64,000 nucleotides of DNA from Macrostomum lignano (lineage: Eukaryota). Made by a program: the position numbers and the translations under genes. Each line of letters begins with the position of its first letter. The first letter of the stretch is position 1. Where the stretch lies: positions 372,001 to 436,000 of the forward strand of contig NIVC01000421.1 in NCBI GenBank assembly GCA_002269645.1. The letters are read 5' to 3'. Shown here piece by piece: positions 13,433-24,515 of the stretch. Below the pieces are notes generated by a model, which saw nothing but the letters and a program-made list of their open reading frames with translations, was not told the DNA's origin and ran no database searches.

Positions 13433-13859
13433 TATAGTGGAACACTAGTTTAAAGCTCTCTTTCAAGGCCAAAGAATTTTTTTAATGAAGTTTTATATGT
13501 ACACACATTTTATTTTTTGTTTTTGTATAGAACAGGATTTTGAGATGAAATTCACCTTGGTATAAATTATAATATAAAATTCTAGTATTCATAAAACAAA
13601 AAGTTTGTTTTTTATTATTTTATTGGAATGAAAGAAAGAACAATAAAATAGGGCTGTCATAATTTTGCATATAAAAATAAAGTTCTTAAATTATATACTA
13701 AGTATCAATTAGTATATATTATATTATAAGTTAGACTTATATCTATCCTGTTTTATATATTATAATTCCCTATTTCCCTTGCTTATATTTATCTATTGTC
13801 ATAGCATCCCCATTAGCAACAAGGCTTTTTATGTCTAAGCTAATAGCTAGAAGGCTCTT

Positions 13860-15200
13860 GACACAACCTGTCATGACATGATAGTGGCTGCCTTCAAACT
13901 TCTTCATTGAAGGTCAAACCTGCATCCTGGCTTTCTCCCCTGGCATTCTCTTTCGCCATTGCATTCGCTTCTCTATTGTTACCTCCATTTGCTCACAGAA
14001 AGATTCTGCCTCACCAATAGCTTTGTTGACATGATCTTCTTGTGCATCATTCAAGAAGCACTCAAGAAAGATAACATGGGCCTTGGTTGAGTCAAGACCT
14101 AGTCCTCTGTGCTAAAATGCCTCAAATTTGTTGTCAATGTTGATCTCTTTTAGGATTGGCTCCCAATAATAAAGATGAGCAAAGAATGAAAAGGAGCAGA
14201 TGGCTGTGGACAGAGAAATCGCTTCTGCCCTTGTGTCTAAAGAGAAGGTTGGATCTGCACCTATGTTGTCAAGTACATCTATAATATTCACTAGTTTAAT
14301 TTATAAGGCTCAAATAGCCTTGTAGTACATATTCCATCTTGTGTCAACCAGCCTCTTTGGCTTGAAGCCATGTCCATCAATGCTAATCTAGGCTTCCAAA
14401 GCAGCAAAATGGCCAGTTAAAGCCAAGAAGAATAAAAAACTCTTTGAATAGTCCCAAAGAAGGTTATAGCTACCATATTTGAGGTGCAAGCATATGATCT
14501 AGCAAGGTTGAGGCTGTGATTAGAGCAAGGAATACACATTGCAAAGGGGCTTTGGTCTTTGATCAACTTTTGAACACCTCCATAGACTCCAAACATGTTG
14601 GCTGCATTGTCATAGCCATGACCATAGCAGTTCTTTATGTTGAGATTAAGCTTTTCCAGCTTTGTGAAGATTGTGTCGACAATCTGCTAGGCCTGATGTC
14701 CTTCGAGTTTGAGGAATCCAAGAAATGACTGTGGGATTCCTGCTGCAGTCCATATACCTGACCTGATGATGATGCTAAGTTGATCCATATGAGATATGTC
14801 TAGTTTGCTGTCAAGCATTATTGAGAAGTATTGGGCCTCCTTGATCTTCCCAATAATGGCTTTCTTCATCTCTTCTGCAAGAAGAGTTAATGAACTCATT
14901 TTGAATATTCTTTGACAGGTAGGTAATCTTCTTCTTACAAGATGGTTGCTTCCCTTGATAATTGTCAAGGTGGGTGGCCAGTACTGGGTCAAAATGTGAC
15001 ATCATCTTCGAACATTGTGACATCAAATTTGTCCTAGTGATTATACATAGAATCCACATGGATTTTCCACCTGAAGTCAGGCTTCTTTTTGCAAATTCAG
15101 CTGAATGCTATCCAGGTATGCCTGGATGTTTAATTCAAAGTGAGCTTTAAATGGAAGTCGACCATCTTGATCTTTACATTATGATGTAGTACCAGCGAAG
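13860..15200 (-). mobile_element. Degenerate hAT transposase (ZMYM1-like/DUF4371 type)
   Basis: Fragments FDPVLATHLD...YLSKNIQNEFI and EEMKKAIIGKIKEAQYFSIMLDS...DISHMDQLSIII in shifted frames. Candidate terminus TAGGGCTG at 13649. Confidence 0.8.
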
Positions 15201-15629
15201 TGTGTATATATTGAAACAGAGGATAGTATAGCAGCCTCAAATTCATTTAAATCTTGCCCACTGCATGATAATTATTATCGTTTTTACACATTTTTTTCAA
15301 ATATTGCTTATAAAGAAATATGGTGTTTTATATATATGAAATAAATATAGTGACATACAAGTATATAGGCTCCTTTTGCAACAAATTGTAAATAAAACAA
15401 TATAAGAATAAATATAATATGATATTAATATATTAGTTATATAATTATGTGTAGAGGTTATGTTATTTTTATTATTATAATTATCTATTCTTTATCTATT
15501 CTTTGTTATTATAATTAATATTATAATTATTTACCTGCAGATAATTAATATTATATAAATAATAATAGCTATAATAATAAAAATAACATAACCATACAAA
15601 ATGTTCAGTAAAAATACTGTGCTCAGTCC

Positions 15630-17310
15630 TTGTCCTCCTCGTTGTCATCGATAATGTAGCAGCAGTGCTTTTGCAACTTTTTAGCCAGCCTTTTCACTGC
15701 GTTTTTAAGTAGTTCACAAAGTCTTCTCCACGCTTTCCTAGTAATCATGCCAATGGGCAATGGCACCTGTGGAAATTCGAACAAATACAGTGATCCCATA
15801 TGTAAAAGAGCTGCAAATCCATAGCAGTGCCACTTACGCAAAACCAGATCTTCAAGGCACTTAGTGAAGGCCAAAATTTCTGGGTCTTTCTTAGGACCTT
15901 CAGTTGCATAGTTCCTTCCAGTTCAGTTGGACTTCACCTGGAGTGTGCAGTCTAGCAGACAATTGACATAGGCTTTGACATGCTTTTGTAATGTTTCACC
16001 TCCAAGTATGTCAGTGAATGGATCTGAAAAATTTTCAATGCTGCATTAAGAAAATGTGAATCGGAATAAACTGAATTAGACATTGAATTTTAGAGAACTT
16101 ACAACTGCTTTCCTGAGCTCAGAATCTTGCAGTTGCTCCTTAAAACTTTCGTAGTTGCGCATGCTTTTTAGCAGAAGCTGACCAGCAACTTGGTCAGCCA
16201 GGTGTTGCACTGGCTGATCCATTGATGCTATTGGACGCCTCTCAAGTGCTTTAATTTTCTCAAGCATAACTTGCTGTTGGCGAAGCAGCTTGATTGTCAG
16301 GTGCACCAGTCCTGAAAAGGCAAGCAGATTCATGCAAGATATTTTTGTTGGTAAAAATGTGTGATTAGTATGCGAAAAAAATTTAGTACCTTTGATGGAG
16401 TGCAAGGACTTCCCTTCCGCCATAAATGTGCACTCCAATTGTTCAACATAATCTGCCAAGTTTATGTTGAACTGTCTAGAGGCAGTCCTTGGAATCGAGG
16501 ATACTGCAGGTTGCGATTCTCGACTGTGCTGAATGCTGACTGGCTGCTGATTGCAAGCACTGGTGCCTGCCATTTGTGGATGCAGAATGCTGGCAGGTGC
16601 AGGTGCAGACGCTGTTTCCAAGCGATGCAACGGAGACACTTACGTCAAGGAGCAGTCAAAATTCTGCTGTTAACTGGCACCTGGGGCTTGTAGGAGTGAT
16701 GTACTCAAGCCAGGCTGCGTAGAACTTCTATTTGGAATGCTGTCAATGATTGGACTTGGTGGCTCGCAAAACAGATTTTGTGCAAGCGTGAACGGGTTTT
16801 TCCTAGGCAATCATGCTTGAACTCAGAATCTGTGGTGACCGCACCACTGGGCATGCACGGCACAGTCTGCAAAGGATGATTAATCAGACTATGCAAGTTA
16901 TTGGAGTACTTAGCAAAATGTCAAAATATATAAGCATTGCAGTCACTTACCTTCAGGTTGGGTAAATGATGCGTTTTCCATAGTGTAGTCTGGGGATTTG
17001 CTGCATTAATTGCTCAAGCGACAAATTGTAGCGCTCGTTCTTGAGAGTGCGGCATCTGTCAATCAACACCTTCAGATCTTCAGTTTCCTTAGAAACAGTA
17101 ATGATAACAGGCAACAGCAAGCAATTCTTCACCCTTGAAATCAACATGCAATTTTGTCTTTTTATTCTGGCTAAACCATTGGAAGACTTCTTCAGTAAAT
17201 AATTCATTGTCAATTGGGCAGACATGAAAAGATTTGTCACATACAAAATATACAAGCCAGAATTTGTAGTCACCATACTCCATCGTAGATTGCATTAAGA
17301 GATGCAAGGT
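15630..17310 (-). pseudogene. Decayed spliced accessory gene of the EnSpm element (DUF4806-like C-terminal domain)
   Basis: Remnants FKEQLQDSELRKAVVSSL and DILGGETLQKHVKAYVNCLLD...N*TGRN...K resemble the GG...WxG DUF4806 signature. GTAAGT donors are present. Confidence 0.55.
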
Positions 17311-17341
17311 TTTACTAGAAATGAGTTTGGGGCATACATGT

Positions 17342-17493
17342 GCAACCTAGGGATTCACCCAGCCGTTTCTATTGGCAACACACACATGTAAGTCGCTATT
17401 GGCTGAGAGCAGTCAGGTGACTACTATTCTGTCCAATAGCGACTTACATGTGTGTGTTGCCAATAAAAATGGCCGGGTGAATCCCTAGGTTGC
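17342..17493. mobile_element. 152-bp hairpin/MITE: 61-bp inverted arms (3 mismatches) with a 30-nt loop
   Basis: Arm 17342-17402 is the reverse complement of arm 17433-17493. No clear TSD. Confidence 0.8.
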
Positions 17494-17759
17494 GCCCAAG
17501 CATGGTTTGGGGTGCTTGTAGGAATAGCAATGCATCTGGATTTTGGTACCAATATATGCAGACGCTTCTTTGTAACAGTATAAAAGCCTATTCCTAAGTT
17601 TTCTGATTGCCCTTTTGTGCCTGAATCATCATCAAAGGAGTACAAACTGCAGCTAAAAACAAGCTTAAATCCAACATAGCCATCTTCTGTTTTATTGGTT
17701 GCCTGCACAACAGTGTTGTCAATTGTTCTTAACACATTGTTAGGGGCATCAGTAGAATA

Positions 17760-19170
17760 CTATGGCATTGGGAGCACTGTATGTAGATAAAGCTCTTGAA
17801 CCTTTAGTAATTGATTGACTGACTGCTTAAAAATTCCATTGTTAGCTCAAATCCTTTGTTTGACCAGAGGCAAGTAATTCTCTAACTTGAAAGGCAAAAT
17901 TTCATTTGTAGTATTCCAATTTTCCATGAAGTCTCCAACATGGAGTAGTGCATGAAAATTAAAAGTGCAGAGACTGCAATGGAACAGTGGACCAACAATT
18001 TGGCTGACAAATCGATGCAGCAAGTGCTTGGCAAATCCTTTCAAATGTTGACATTCAGTTGAACTGTAAATATACATTGCTACATGAAGTGAAAAGAAGT
18101 GCTGATGATAATAACACTGAGAACTTTCTTTAGCAAGTAGAGGCCATAGTACAGCAGCCATGCTTGATATTCTGACCCCTTGAAATTAGCAAGTTCATTG
18201 AGAGTCCGTGGCTTTCGTTGAAATCTAGAAAGGATATTATTTCTAAATAATTCTATTGCTTTGTTTAGCAAAGCTATTGCAGATGTTGTTTGTACTCTGC
18301 AAAGCAATCTCAGGCCTTTGGTACGAGTAAAATATAGCTTCATCATTTTCTGTATCACTCCTAGATAAACTATGTGCATCACATCAGGCACAAATGAGGA
18401 ATAGAAAGGTACTACTCCTTAAAGGGGAGATTGTAATACCAAGTTGTTTTCATCATGGTTAGAGTATGCTGTATCTGTTCAGAGGTCAAATGCCATCTCA
18501 GGAAAGTCATTCGATTGTCTAGGCTTTCACCTTGTTGGCAACACCACATGCACCCATTGTACCCAGTGTGTCCAATTACCAACATGATATAGCTTTGAGC
18601 AGGTGTGTCACAAATGAAGGTTGCAGATTTAATGTAAACCAATCTACCACAGATATTAAGCCATGAGTAGCCAATTGAACCAGTTCATCTTTCAATGCAA
18701 TGATAAAATCAGGCAGTTTTGGTTTTCCAAGCCCACAGTAGACAGCTATAGAAGAAGATAGAGAATTCCAGGAATGCTCATTAAAATCGTCCATAGGCCC
18801 AAAAATGATGATTTAAAAAGAGGAAGTTCATCAGCATTAAATTGCAGTGCAAGTCTTTCCTTAACTAGTTGGTCAAACTTAAGCTCACCAATTGAGCTAA
18901 AAATGTATTCCATATTGTTCTTGATGGAAAGGTAGGCAAAGCCACCATTGACTGCCACATTGGATGCATCCACTTGTAAATCAGAGGTGGAAAGCAATTT
19001 CTTTAGCTTGTACATAGACAATGGCACACCATTAATTCCATGCCTAATAAGGAGCTTCAGTAAATGTTCTATTGCTTTGTGTGGAATGTTGAATATGAGA
19101 AAGAAAAGTACAAGGTCAGTAGCAAGACTGTGCTTGTGCTTCACTGCTGCCTCGTCATCATTTTGACACT
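17760..19170 (-). mobile_element. Degenerate EnSpm/CACTA transposase
   Basis: Motifs LQFNADELPLFKSS, VYCGLGKP, FICDTPA...GHTGYNGCMWC, PDVMHIVYLGV, FKGSEYQAWLLYYG and PFKLENYL in broken frames. Confidence 0.85.
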
Positions 19171-19379
19171 TAAGCTTTTTAGCATACTCAGTGAACTGCT
19201 TATCAGCTAATTTAGTACCTAGTAGCTAGGGAGGCTAACCTATTCAGGATGGGTAGGCTGCTATCACTGCTAGACAGTAAGGTTTCTGTGAGCCAGACTA
19301 GGGGTTTTGCTAGCCAGAGTTTGTTAACCTTGTCTTAGACAAAATTGTTGGTAATAGAATTGAAACTTATCTCCTAGAT

Positions 19380-19701
19380 CAGGGGTCAGCAAACTTTTTA
19401 CTTCAAGGGCCAGATACAGAACCTAGCACATGACTGCAGGTCAGCAAAAGAAATTAAAAAAAGAAATAGGAGAAAGGAGAGTTGAGAGAATAAAGGAGAA
19501 GAGAGGAGACAAAGAAGAGAGAGGAGGAGAGAATAGGATATGAGATGAGTTAGAGAGGTGAGAGAAGATATCTGAGAAGAGAAGGGACACAATCCTTGAG
19601 TGGACTGCATTGCTATTGTGAAGTTTCAAAGGACCCGAGGGCCAGATAGAGAGGCTTTGCAGGCTACATGTGGCCCACAGGCTGGAGTTTGCCAACCCCT
19701 G
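19380..19701. mobile_element. hAT (Charlie/Buster-type) MITE, 322 bp
   Basis: TIR CAGGGGTCAGCAAACT / AGTTTGCCAACCCCTG; perfect 8-bp TSD TCCTAGAT at 19372-79 and 19702-09. Confidence 0.93.
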
Positions 19702-20008
19702 TCCTAGATAATGAAATTCTATGAAATTGCTAAATAACATCAAATGACTATTAGAAAATTATAAATATATAGACAAATCATTTCTAGTATATAGGAAGTA
19801 TGAAATAAATAATAGATAATAAAATCCCTTAATATGTTTATTAGATGACTTATATATTTGACTTGATTGAAGTTGAGTTGATTTATTATGAATACAAAAT
19901 TTTAATTACTATTTTTGTATGCTCTACTTACAGTAAAACAGTACAGATGATAAAATGTTGCATTTATAAAATAAATAGCAAATTAGCTTGTACTAACTAC
20001 TCTATTTA

Positions 20009-21082
20009 CGAGGGGTGTCCAAAAAGTAGTGATACTTTAACCGTAGCTCTCGTTCTGTAGCTTCCTGTGATTTAAAATTTTATGAACTGACAGCGGCAAA
20101 TCTCTTCTACAGACTGCTTTTTGAATTTTTAAAATTGATACCAGAGAACAAAAGTTATACCCATGAAAGTAACAGTGCCTGTGCCGTGGAGTTGCACAAA
20201 TTATAGGCTGAGCTTCACGAGATCCATGTCGAGTAAACTTCGATGAATTGTTGATTTAGGCTTGTCCAACCTGTCAGCGATCTCTAATGGTCATTCGGGA
20301 GTCCTCGTCAAGAAGATCCAGAATGGAGTCTGCCAGTACATCAGGTCGATGAACGTATGGCCGCCCCCCTGTCCGATGCTGATCTGCCAAGTCAGTCCTT
20401 TCCTCGCTGAACTGCTCCATCCATCGATAAACTGTCATTTTGCTGACCGCAGAGGATCCGTGCGCAGAGCAAAGTTTTGCGTGAATTTCTGAGGCACTAT
20501 GGCCAGCGCCCCAAAGAGTGAAGATGGTACTTTGCTGAGCAACAACTGAGTGCACATCCATGTGTGTTGTCGAGTATTGGCAATGAAATCATGAACGAAT
20601 CGCAAAGTGCAAGCTCCTCTGTTTGCAAGTAAAGTAATGAATTTATTGCTTCTTTTTCTGCGCATGATTCCGTCCATAGATAAATTTCAGTCAGTCACAG
20701 TGAGCATCATTTTGCAATTGGGCTTTGGTATTGCTTAAGCAATACATTTATCGATGCCTTCTTAATGAATGAGTGCAGAAGTCGACTATCATAAATTTCG
20801 ATATAGTTTGTGTAACTCTGTGGTGCGGGTGCTGTTGCTTTCGTGGGTATAACTTTTGTTCTCTAGTATCAATTTTAAAAATTCAAAAAGCAGTCTGTAG
20901 AAGAGATTTTCCGCTATCAGTTCATAAAACTTTTAATCACAGGAAGCTATAGAACGGGAGCTGCGGTTAAGAGTGTCACTACTTTTTGGACACCAGCGGT
21001 AGGCAAGACCTGCAACCGATGCGGCAAGCCGAATCACCTCGCCAAGGCCTGCCTGTCCCGGCCAGAGGACGTGCGAGCCTCG
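20009..21082 (-). mobile_element. Internally deleted long-TIR mariner retaining only the N-terminal HTH DNA-binding region
   Basis: TA at 20007-08 and 21083-84. ~195-bp imperfect TIRs starting CGAGGGGTGTCCAAAAAGTAGTG. ORF 20274-20561 reads ASEIHAKLCSAHGSSAVSKMTVYRW...GRP. No catalytic domain found. Confidence 0.92.
20995..21077 (+). mobile_element. 83-bp LTR-retrotransposon gag fragment (CCHC zinc knuckle) inserted in the mariner TIR
   Basis: Translates as AVGKTCNRCGKPNHLAKACLSRPEDVR (C-x2-C-x4-H-x4-C). Splits the TIR as GGACACC|CCTCG. Confidence 0.85.
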
Positions 21083-21186
21083 TATAATAGAAATATCTGA
21101 AGATACGAGTACTTAATATCAATTTGTTTTCCAATTAGTCACGCCACAGCATATTGCATCTGCAGCTCGCCTGATAAGCTGATCAA

Positions 21187-21654
21187 ATGTCCTCTCCTGC
21201 TAAGCGCCGACTAATTCGCGACTTCAAGCGCCTTCAAGAGGACCCACCAACTGGGGTATCCGGAGCTCCCAATGATAATAATATCCTATCGTGGAATTGT
21301 GTCATATTTGGTCCGCAGGACACGCCATTCGAAGATGGCACCTTTCAGTTATCGATGGAATTCTCCGAAGAATATCCCAATAAGCCTCCGGTAGTTCGAT
21401 TCTTATCGAAAATGTTCCATCCCAATGTCTACGCCGATGGTAGTATCTGTTTGGATATTCTACAGACTAAATGGAGTCCAACATACGATGTGTCAGCTAT
21501 TCTCACCTCTATCCAGTCTCTGCTAGACGAGCCAAATCCAAACTCCCCAGCCAACAGTGTTGCAGCTAGTCTCTATCAGGAGAACAAACGCGAGTACGAG
21601 AAACGCGTGAAAGCTATTGTCGAAGAGAGTTGGTCGGCGGCTGATCATTCTTGA
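21187..21654 (+). CDS. UBE2A: Ubiquitin-conjugating enzyme E2 RAD6/UBE2A-B, intronless, 155 aa
   Basis: Sequence reads [21 protein letters not shown]...[16 protein letters not shown]...[28 protein letters not shown]. Catalytic Cys intact; AATAAA at 21665-21670. Confidence 0.97.
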   Translation: MSSPAKRRLIRDFKRLQEDPPTGVSGAPNDNNILSWNCVIFGPQDTPFEDGTFQLSMEFSEEYPNKPPVVRFLSKMFHPNVYADGSICLDILQTKWSPTYDVSAILTSIQSLLDEPNPNSPANSVAASLYQENKREYEKRVKAIVEESWSAADHS

Positions 21655-22699
21655 TTTTTTTTCAAATAAAGACATTTGTTTTTCTTTGCTTGCTACTTAT
21701 TTTATTAGTAGTAGCAGTAGAATTTGTTTTTTAAATCTTTATGTATTAGTTAAAAAGTTAAAATCTAAATGACCGTAGAAAAAATTTAGAAATCCCTTTA
21801 CTCGCCGATATTCGGATATTTTCTTGAGCCTAAGCTACTAACAGTAGCGTAAAAGCAAAACTGTGTTACCCGTAATAAACCCTTTAAATTTCGAGTCAAA
21901 CCTGAGACAGGCAACGCCGAAAATCAGGACAGCTCATTTAATTAGCAAAGCCAAAAAAGCTCTATTAACCCAACTATGAAATGGCCTTTTTATATATTAT
22001 AAAATTAAAAGTTGTGAGGCTACAATACTATAACAAGATAAATAGCTATAAGCTATACCATGCAGTTGCAGAGTTCAATCTTCAAGATTAAGAGTTTAAG
22101 ATTAAATTTAAGTTTAAATTCAGAGGGATTAAAGCAAAGCAGCGTGTCCCTACTTTCAGTCCAGTAGCACTGTAGCAAGAAAGAATGGTTAAGATTTTAC
22201 ATTTTATATAAAAACCTTCTATTGTGTTCGTAAAGTAGCCACTGCCATGTGAAAAAGTACGAACGTAACTTTTCGACTGGAATACTAAAGACCGATGACT
22301 GAGTCTTATTCAAAATTTGTACATTATGCTTTTATTGTACCTTTACATTGATCCAAAAGGCACTAGCACATTTGCCACTTGAAAGAATCTAGTTTTATTG
22401 TCTTTAGGCTTTCTACATTATATATATTTGCTTTAACTAATGTAATAAAGTTTTTGTCTATAGATTGTGTATACTTCTGTAATTTATAATTTGATACGAG
22501 CGTATTGACTTTTAAAATAATTATTTTAACCCATACTGTACTGTTTAAGTTTTGTGTGACGATTTTTTAATTCTTTTTTTCAGCTTATAACTTTCTTCAC
22601 TAGCTAGGGTTACTTTGTTATTGTAGTACGGGTAATTGTATGTTCTATTCTTTACGAAATTGATTTGCTGTTTCGCGTTTTCACTCTAGATCCTTATAT

Positions 22700-23324
22700 C
22701 AAGGACGACTTAAGTGGAGGGACGGGAGACCTCGTTTCTTGGAAAATTTTTGAAGGCACTTTTTCCCGAAAAAATACACTACGGAGATAGGAAATTTTCA
22801 TTTTTCAGCACAACAATTGCTATTACTTTTGATAGGAGGCAGATCCAGTGTTCATCTTTTGATATGCTGTGCCTTTTTTATTGCTCCATGCTTTATTGAT
22901 TCCATGTTAATTTTTTATTCTACGTATATATTTTCACGCGTCTTGTGAGTCTATTTTGTCTTTCTTAACTGACTGTGTAGCAAATATTCGTAACAGAGAT
23001 GATAAAATAGATTTAAAAAAACAAATATTGGAGCTGTGTCATGCATTTTTGTGATTTTTAGGTACAGGAAATATACGTAGAATAAAAAATTAACATAGAA
23101 ATCTAATTTTCTGAACGAAAAGCTTTATAAATATCGATAGAGCAATAAAAAAGGCACAACATATCAAAGGATGAACACTGGATCTGCCTCATCAAAAGCA
23201 AAAGCATTTTTTGTGCTGAAAAAATGAAAATTTCCTATCTCCGTAGTGTATTTTTTCTGGTAAAAGTGCCTTCAAAAATTTTCTAGGAACGAGGTTTCCC
23301 GTCCTTCTACTTAACTCGTCCTTG
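22700..23324. mobile_element. 625-bp foldback-type non-autonomous element (P or hAT superfamily)
   Basis: Termini CAAGGACGA...TCGTCCTTG; ~230-bp imperfect inverted arms; 8-bp flanks CCTTATAT / TCTTATAT (7/8 match). Confidence 0.75.
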
Positions 23325-24515
23325 TCTTATATATGTCTGCTGTAAGTCAATTAAGTGTCAAAATATAGTCTTAGATTATTATTTTGTGTCAGATGGTAGG
23401 TGTATTTAAAATTCAATAAAAAATTACAAAAATAATACTGGAGTATAATCTGTTTTTTATTGTTCGTAATATGCAGCAAGACAGAAATACAATTATCCAT
23501 TAGTTACTTGTTTTTCTGACAATTCACTCTATAGATTAATACGCTCATTGTTAATGGTTGTTTTAATAGTGTTATTTATTTTTATTATTTACTAAGATTT
23601 AAGAAACAAATCAGGAGTGCACCTAGCTTAAATCTCGAAATTTCTATTTATTAGCTAGTGTTCGATTAGTTAGCAGAGAGAAATTATTCAAAATCCGATG
23701 TAGGCTTGCTTGTTTTTCTTGCCGTACTTTTTAGCATATTGTACATTCTAATTTGCTTATCTGAAGCTTTAACTCTGGCAATGATTTGCGTATCAGTTTT
23801 TTATCTAAGTCATTCGGTCCATTTTGCTGTCTGTTTGTGTTAGATACGGCGGTTGTGTCAGTGTCACTTGGTTTGTATATATAACTGTGCAAGTTTTTTT
23901 TACATTTTTGCCTATGAAAGAAATTTGTTTCCCACCGCATGCTCTGTGCTTTCGTTGAGCCAACAACCCTCTCTTCTCGGCTGAGGATAAACTGAAGTCT
24001 TGGTGAGTAAATTGCAAAACTTCTATAATATTTTTTTTATTTTTACATTGTTAGTTCTTATGATTCACTACTATTTAAAAGGATATTAGGCTGTTGAGTT
24101 AGTTCGGTGAACCAAAATTGACAGAATGCAAAATATTCGTTTTTGTATAAAATTCTTATGTTGTGGAAATAATATAATTATTCTAATTAATAAAAAATTG
24201 TATAATCTATTTGATTTCCAGTATCTATCAAAATATTAGTTTTGGTGCCATGAATATTGTTTTTCTGTAGTTACAGCTCAAACTCAAACTCAGCTCCCAG
24301 TGTTTAATTATCTGTCTGACAGCACGTCAAATTCAGTGTTTGCTGGAAACATAATATCTATCTAACAAATTTTACAATTGCCTGAAAAAATGCGTCTTAT
24401 CTTTGCATGTGTTTCCATTTTTAGACTATACTGTAGCTCTGAAGACACCACACTTTTCCGACGCACTACTATTCTGCCTAGTTGTCAGTAGTATCAATCG
24501 GTTAAAAAAATCGGA

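Larger units (their letters stand above)
10432..13449. mobile_element. Kolobok-like non-autonomous DNA transposon shell containing nested insertions
   Basis: TTAA at 10428-10431 followed by AGTAGTGTTCCACCAT; right end ATAGTGGAACACTAGT followed by TTAA at 13450-13453 (imperfect ~16-bp TIR). CTATAG/CCATAG subterminal repeats. The superfamily call rests only on the TTAA TSD and the AG start. Confidence 0.5.
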
